Shown piece by piece: positions 57,101-64,000 of a stretch of DNA of 64,000 nt (its first letter is position 1; every line of letters begins with the position of its first letter). The DNA comes from the human T2T-CHM13v2.0 reference genome, Homo sapiens: assembly GCF_009914755.1 (NCBI RefSeq), contig NC_060929.1; one strand, 5' to 3'. The translations under genes were made by a program, and so were the position numbers. Under the pieces are notes generated by a model. That model worked only from the letters and a program-made list of their open reading frames with translations, ran no database searches and was not told the origin of the DNA.

Positions 57101-57517
57101 TTAGTTTGGCTACAACCTGTAGAAAAAGGTATCTTATTCTAATGCAATTGAAGGTGCAGCTGGTGTGGGCACAGTCCCGGCACACTCTCCCTAAGTGTAC
57201 CTCACAGATGATTTCCCAAGAGGCCCTGCCTCTGTCCAAATAGCCACTATAGATGATGATACAAGGTTCTGTTCCCTAGAGGTCCTGGAAATGTTTGTTT
57301 CCATTCCTAGTTTTGTAGAACCATTGATTCCCTTTCCTCTAGCAGCTTCCATAATGAGCTTCTCTCACAAGGTATTGTCCTCAGAGAGGTTTTGTTTCTG
57401 TAAACAAAAGCCAGAAAAACAGGTTTGCTTTAAAGATTTTTCATATAAATCTTGCCAGAGGCAAGTTAAACATGCCTATAAATTGCACTAAGTAAGCACA
57501 TATTTTCCTCATGACAA

Positions 57518-57651
57518 CTGTAAGTCCAGCACTTTGGGAGGCCGAGGCGGGTGGATGACCTGAGGTCAGGAGTTTGAGTCCAGCCTGGCCAACATGGTAA
57601 AACCCCGTCTCTACTAAAAATATGAAAATTAGCAGGGCGTGGTGGCTCACA
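57518..57651 (+). mobile_element. AluS fragment truncated at both ends
   Basis: cagcactttgggaggccgaggcgggtggat...aattagcagggcgtggtggctcacac. Confidence 0.9.
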
Positions 57652-57667
57652 CTATATAATTTTTGTA

Positions 57668-57672
<5 letters not shown>

Positions 57673-57711
<39 letters not shown>

Positions 57712-57726
57712 ACACACACACACACA
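57673..57726. repeat. (CA)n microsatellite
   Basis: Directly visible. Confidence 0.95.
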
Positions 57727-57969
57727 GAGAAGGTCCTCCATTTATGATGGGGTTATGTCCCAATAAATCCACTGTAAGTCAAAAATATTATAAATCAAAA
57801 ATGCATTTAATACCCTGATAAACTCATGGTAAAGTAAAAAAAAAAATCTCAGCTTGAATCAGAACCATCATAAAGATGCTCCTCAAATTACAGTAGGGCT
57901 ATGTCCTGATAAACCTATTGAGAAGTCAAAAAATACTAAGTCAAAACACTCCAGGTCAGGGACCATCTG
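57725..57969. mobile_element. Tigger4a/MER46-type MITE
   Basis: ttatgatggggttatgtcccaataaa...aaaatgcatttaatac...gtcagggaccatctg. Confidence 0.75.
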
Positions 57970-57982
57970 TGTGTGTATATAC

Positions 57983-58022
<40 letters not shown>
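57970..58022. repeat. (TG)n/(TA)n microsatellite
   Basis: Directly visible. Confidence 0.95.
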
Positions 58023-58025
<3 letters not shown>

Positions 58026-58825
58026 GTCATGCACTACATCATGACTTTTTGGTCAACGACAGACCTCATATATGACAGTGGTCCCATAAAATCAATAATG
58101 GAGATGAAGAATTCCTATCACTTAGTGATGTCATAGCCCTGGTAATGTTGTAGCAGAACATATTACTCCAGTGTTTGTGGTGATGCTGGTGTTAACAAAC
58201 CTGCTGTACTGCCAGTTGCATAAGAGTACAGCACAGACAATTATGTACAGTACCTAACACTTGTTATTGATAATAAATTACTATGTTACTGGTTTATGTA
58301 TTTACTATATATATTTTTATTGTTATTTTAGAGTGTAGTCCTACTTATATAAAAAGTTAACTGTAAAATGGCCTCAAATACATCCTTCAGGAGGTATTTC
58401 AGAAGGCATTGTTATCACAGATGGCAGCTCCAGGCATGCTATTTCTCCTAAAGACCTTCCAGTGGGACAAGGCCTGGAGGAGGAAAACAACTATATTATG
58501 ACAGCATACATATATGACCTTGTGTAGGCCTAGGCTGAAGTGTCTGTTTGTGCTTTAGTTTTTAACAAAAAAGTTTAAAAAGTAAAACCAAAATTATATA
58601 TAGAAAAAGCTTGTAGAATAAGGATACTCTACACCCTTATAATATATATATAAAGATATAAACAAATTTAAATATATATAAAGTATAAATAAAAATATAT
58701 ATTTTGCAACTCCCCAATGTATTTCTGTCTTAAGTGTTATTTTAAAAGAGTAAAAAAGTTTATAAAGCAGTTATAGTAAGCTGCAGTTAATTTATTTTTG
58801 AAGAAAGAAAATTTTATATAAAGTT

Positions 58826-59062
58826 GGCTGGGCATGGTGGCTCACGTCTGTAATCTTAGCACTTTGGGAGGCTGAGGCAGGAGAATTTCTTGAGCTCAAG
58901 AGTTTGAGACTAGCCTGAGCAACACAGCAAGACATCACCTCTACTAAAAATTTTTTTTAAAAATTAGCTGGTCATGGTGGCATGCCCCTGTATTTCCAGC
59001 TACTCAGGAGGCTGAGTCAGGAGGATTGCTTGAGACTGGGAGATGGAGGCTGCAGTGAGCTA
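58826..59062 (+). mobile_element. AluJ, 3'-truncated
   Basis: Stops at gctgcagtgagcta; no tail. Confidence 0.9.
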
Positions 59063-59159
59063 AGTGTCCTACACAGGTGTAGAATTTTTTATCTTTTATA
59101 TTATATTTTTATTGTTACTTTTCTATGTTTAGATAGTTTTAGATAGACAAATACCACTG

Positions 59160-59471
<312 letters not shown>

Positions 59472-59732
59472 CACCACTGTGTTTTAATTGTCTACAGTAT
59501 TCAGTACAGCACTATGTTGCACAGGTTTATAGCCTAGAAGCCATAGACTATACTGTATAGCCTAGGTGTGTAGTAGGCTATACCATCTAGGTTTGTGTAA
59601 GTACACTCTATGAGCTACACACAATGATGATATCACTAATGACACGTTTCTCTAAATGTATCACTGTTAAGCAATGCATGACTACATGTATTTAAGGTGC
59701 TTAGTAGGGTAGAGAGATGACTGAGGAGAAGG

Positions 59733-59955
59733 GAGCTAATATGTATGGAATGCCTGCTATGTGCTGGGTACTTAATTTAATGGTTTTTCTTCAAATACCC
59801 TCATGATGCTCACAGTGATAGAAGTTCTACCACAAGAAGGAAATTAAAACTTAGTGAAATGAAATAACCAAATCTATACCTTATTGTTAGTGACAGAGCT
59901 TTCATCTGAACCTTAATTTGTCTTATTCAAAGCTCCATATTTCTACTTTACCAGT
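59733..59955 (-). mobile_element. MIR SINE
   Basis: agctaatatgtatggaatgcctgctatgtgctggg...ttagtgacagagc...tcaaagctcc. Confidence 0.65.
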
Positions 59956-61210
59956 GTTCTCAAAATTTAGTCATTTGTTATGTACCATACTGATAGATTT
60001 TGCCAAGACTTTGGACAAATTAAACATCTCATGTGTCTGCCACCATGGTTACAATGACATGTCCTGGAATATACTCTCATTCCATGGATAGATATCTTAC
60101 CCATAACTCCCAGCCAACCGATTCTGTGCAAAAGTGTCCTATTTGACTCCTGCACTCCATAACTCCTCCTGTGGTTTACAGTTTACACACCCCTTGAAGA
60201 GAGCACAATTACAAAGACAAAAAAAAAGTCAAGTTCACCCTTCTCTATATCCTTCTACATATCATTCTTCAGAGAGATGCACATTGTGGAAATTAGAGTT
60301 GAAAAGTTATATCTTCATTTCTTTTAGAGATGAAGAGTACAGGTAGTAAAGTTTAGAAAAACTTGGAAAAGATTTTTCCCAACCATCACATTGACAAATG
60401 CAGAAGAAGAAGGAGGAGGAGAAGGAGGAAGAAGAGGAGTGAAAAACAGTGCAATAGGGCTTGAAAAAATGGGCATGAAAACAACAGACCAACAGGCAGG
60501 GGACAGAGACCTAAAGATAGGCACAATGCTTTTAGGACTGGCACTAAGGTTGGCACTAAGAATTAGGATCCTGGACATGCAAAGAACAATGTGGCCCCAG
60601 AAGAAAGGGCTGGATTTTGTGTGATAAGTGGGTGTAAGGTTGTTTGGGGGATGAGCTTCAGGAAGAAGATGAGGGTGTGCTGAATGAAAGACCTGAAGGA
60701 AGAGGCAAACTGCATATGATGGGAAGAGGTGGAATGGGAGGATGGAGGAAACTCTAAGGACCTGAAGATTGGGAAGCTGATCTCAAAGTTTGAAGGATGG
60801 CATCCTATGGGAGGTAGTGCTGAGGACTGGCAGGCAAAAAGTAGCTAGAGGTTATAATTGTGGGAGCAGAGCAAGCCAAGCAATCACTTCCAGAGAAGAA
60901 ATGAGAATTAACCCGTATTTCAGAATGCATCGTGTTGATTCTTTAGGAGTAATAGAAAATAGTAATCAAATAAGTGTTCAAGTTCTCTGATTTTTGTTTG
61001 TCATTTGGCCTATGCACAAGTCTCTTGTCTTACTGATTTTTAGCCTCTGATAGAGACAATAGCACCAGATGATTTACTTACATCATACAGTTGTTGCTTA
61101 CATATATATATGTACATGAAAGTGAAAGTATATGTTACAAAGAAAATTTAATCTAAAGTTTTCATAGATAAATAAAAAGTTATATTTTATAATATATTAA
61201 TATAATAGCA

Positions 61211-61415
61211 AATCTATAATTATCCTAATTTTATATTCTAATCTTAAGGTATTAAATAATGATATATTATAATATAATATAATAAACAACAAACATATAA
61301 TTAATTTGGTATGCTAACCAAATTATACTTTTGTTATTTATTATGTTAATATATTACAATATATCATTATTTAATATTTTAAGATTCGAATATAAAATTA
61401 GGATAATTATAGATT
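61211..61415. repeat. Long AT-rich inverted repeat (~100-bp arms, 6-nt loop)
   Basis: aatctataattatcctaattttatattc (61211-61238) is the exact reverse complement of gaatataaaattaggataattatagatt (61388-61415); pairing continues inward to aatttggt-atgcta-accaaatt. Confidence 0.95.
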
Positions 61416-62195
61416 AATGTCTGATATATATGAGAATGTAGTTTGGCATAATCCAATTCAACATGCCACTGCGGTTTTTTTAACATAAAAAAATGAAAAG
61501 GAGGAAACGGAGAAAAGGAAGACAAAACGGAGGAAGGGAGATAGGAGAAAAGAAAGATATGGAAAAGTAGTAAATTTATACACAGAATGTAAATACTAGG
61601 AAGTATGCTTTTACTATTTGACAGGGTCCAAAAATATTAGATGTTTATTTAACTGAATTTTCAGTTTTAAAGAATTAAATAATCAGTTTTATTTGTTGGC
61701 ATCAATTTTATTGAAGAAAAATACATTTTCTGTTAATCTTACTTTTAACTTCACAAATAGGCTATTCATTTTGGTTAAAAATACTTAGGCCAATACAACA
61801 GGTTGTAACTGAGGTTTGTTTTCTGTTCTATACATTGGCATCTTGTTGCTGCACAGTTGCATTTAACTGTCTTTCCCCGAGGAAATACCAAATAAGGGCT
61901 ACCAGATGATATAATATCACTGTCCCTGAATATTTCTGGAGATTATTTCAAAATCAATATTTTAAACTATATCAATGAATTTATAGTTTAAGTCACAATA
62001 AAGGAAAATAACCAAGGGTTCACCATTACTTGGCTTCAAAAATTTAGAAAACAACCATTAAATTCCAGAACTGCCTTTTTGGCTGCTCCATCATTGTGCT
62101 TTCCTCTGTCCTGAGATTCCCAAACACATGAGCTCAGTCCTCTGGAGTTTATAATCAATTGTGGCTACAAAATACATGGTTTAATATTCCTTTGA

Positions 62196-62487
62196 GGCTG
62201 GGTGTGGTGGCTCACGCCTGTAATCCCAGCACTTTGGGAGGTCAAGGCCGGTGGATCACGAGGTCAAGAAATTGAGACAATGCTGGCAAACAGGGTGAAA
62301 CCCGGCCTCTACTAAAAATACAAAAATTAGCCAGGCTTGGTGGCGGGCACCTGTAGTCCCAACTACTCGGGAGGCCGATGCAGGAGAATCACTTGAACCC
62401 GGGAGGCAGTGTTGCAGTGAGCCGAGATTGTGCCACTGCACTCCAGCCTGGAGACAGAGTGAGACTCCGTTTCAAAAAAAAAAAAAA
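62196..62487 (+). mobile_element. AluSc-like, full length
   Basis: ggatcacgaggtcaaga and cctgg-agacagag diagnostics; poly-A tail. Confidence 0.93.
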
Positions 62488-62523
62488 TCTGTTTGAATTT
62501 TAATGTTTTATTCTGGCCTCCTC

Positions 62524-62663
62524 CTCATGCCTTCTCAAACAGTTTTACCATTGTAATATAAAACAATGGAATTAAACATGTAAATATTGTCAGCTCATGC
62601 CTTCTCAAATAGTTTTATCATTGTAATATAAAACAATGGAATTAAACATATAAATATTGGCAG
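62524..62663. repeat. 70-bp tandem duplication (2 copies, 66/70 identical)
   Basis: ctcatgccttctcaaa...taaatattgtcag at 62524-62593, repeated at 62594-62663. Confidence 0.95.
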
Positions 62664-63494
62664 TTTACAAGTGTACAAGTTTGGTTTTTTTCTGAGCTAA
62701 AGTAAAATAGTATTAAGTTTAAAACTTGGAAGAACCACTAGATTTAGTCCAAATCTCCAAGAAATGAATTCCCATGCAGTATATTTTATTTTAAACGCCT
62801 CATTTCAAAATTGTAGACCATGACATCTTGTAATACATTAATTTGGAATATGTCAATTTCTTGATCTAGTTTAGAAATTAAAAAAAAAAAACTCACAGGT
62901 AACCATTTACTAAAAAAAAATGAAAAGAAAGAAAATAAAAAAAGAAAAAGTAGAGTTTATGTGAACATGCAGATTTTGAAAGGGTTGATATTCTGTATTT
63001 TCAATCAATTGCTATAATGTTAAAGGTATTTCCCAGTTAATATACTATTTTATTAATATTTGCATTATTTTTCAGTATTTATCAAACAAAACAAAAACAC
63101 AACTAAACTGAAAGCTACAACCTGGCAAATATTGAGAGGGGTTTAAGATTATTATGTCAGTTTCAAAATATCTCTTAAAAGGGCAAAATCATATACTGTA
63201 TACCATTAGACTTTGGGTGTTTATCAGGTTTTAGTGAATAAGACTGCCAGTTACAAAGCAAGGCATGGTTATTTGCTCCTTAATGTAACTTTAAAATCTC
63301 AAAATTTCTTGAAATGTCTTATAATTACAGTATATCTAATACATATTTTAAATTTTCTTCTATATTCCTGAAAGTGATATTAAAAATTAAGAAGCGTTAA
63401 TTTTAAAGGGGTACTCAAGACCTAATAAAAATACATTGAAATAATTTAAAAACCAAGAGAGGAAATTACTTATTTAGATTAAAACTCAAGTGCT

Positions 63495-64000
63495 CCCACA
63501 GCTTACATCGTACTCAATAGTGAACAAATGAAAGCTTTTCTACTGAGATCAGGAACATGACAAAGATGCCTGCTTTTGCCACTTCTATTCAACGTAATAG
63601 TGGAAGTCCAAGCCAAAGCAATTAGGCAAGACAAAGAAATAAATGGCCTCCAAATTGGAAAGGAAGAAGTAAAATTATCTCTGTTCACAGACAACATGAT
63701 CTTATATGCAGAAAGTTTCCACACGCACACAACTGTTAAAATTAATAAATTTGGCCAAGTTTCAGGATACAAAATCAGCACCAAAAAAATCAGTTGCATT
63801 TCTGTACCCAAATATGGAATAATTTCAAAAAGAACTTAAGAAATCAATTTAATTTTGAATAGCATCAAAAATAGTGAACTGCTGGGAAATAAACTTAACT
63901 AAGTGTGCAAAATACTTTTATACAGAAAACTATAAATTGTTACTAAAAAAATTAAAGACACCAATCAATGGAAAGACAGTGCTCCAGCTTCATGGGTTGG
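63495..64000 (+). mobile_element. L1M (MA/MB-like) ORF2 reverse-transcriptase fragment, runs off the window
   Basis: [43 protein letters not shown] (decayed FADD motif). Confidence 0.9.

Noticed and set aside
60324-60990. Purine-rich region with E/G-rich ORFs as a possible exon
   Set aside because: Driven by a GAA/GGA low-complexity tract, no recognisable domain, and probably an ancient repeat remnant.

Overview
AT-rich, repeat-dense hominid genomic DNA (human or great ape; the SVA and AluY insertions fix the lineage), most consistent with an intergenic or large-intron region. I find no host protein-coding gene, structural RNA gene or CRISPR array. The ORFs in the track are remnants of L1, ERV, Tigger, Alu and SVA elements, or chance frames. 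The window is a layered record of transposition: (i) an old MLT1-type MaLR with nested insertions (4.2-7.1 kb); (ii) a degenerate MER66-like ERV1 provirus (11.8-21.3 kb) with gag, integrase-tail and env remnants, hit by two oppositely oriented THE1 elements; (iii) a twin-primed, 5'-inverted L1PA (28.6-30.0 kb); (iv) a full SVA (33.1-34.5 kb); (v) a 7.8-kb L1PB-type insertion whose ORF2 region is replaced by an opposite-strand L1PA15/16-type segment (36.2-44.0 kb); (vi) nested solo LTRs (46.4-47.7 kb); (vii) several Tigger and hAT elements. The structures least explained by known repeats are a ~205-bp AT-rich near-palindrome (61211-61415), a 37-bp insert with TPRT hallmarks (25941-26013) and a 70-bp tandem duplication. 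I see no convincing evidence of a new multi-gene system. Repeat subfamily names come from my recall of consensus sequences and need RepeatMasker/Dfam confirmation.
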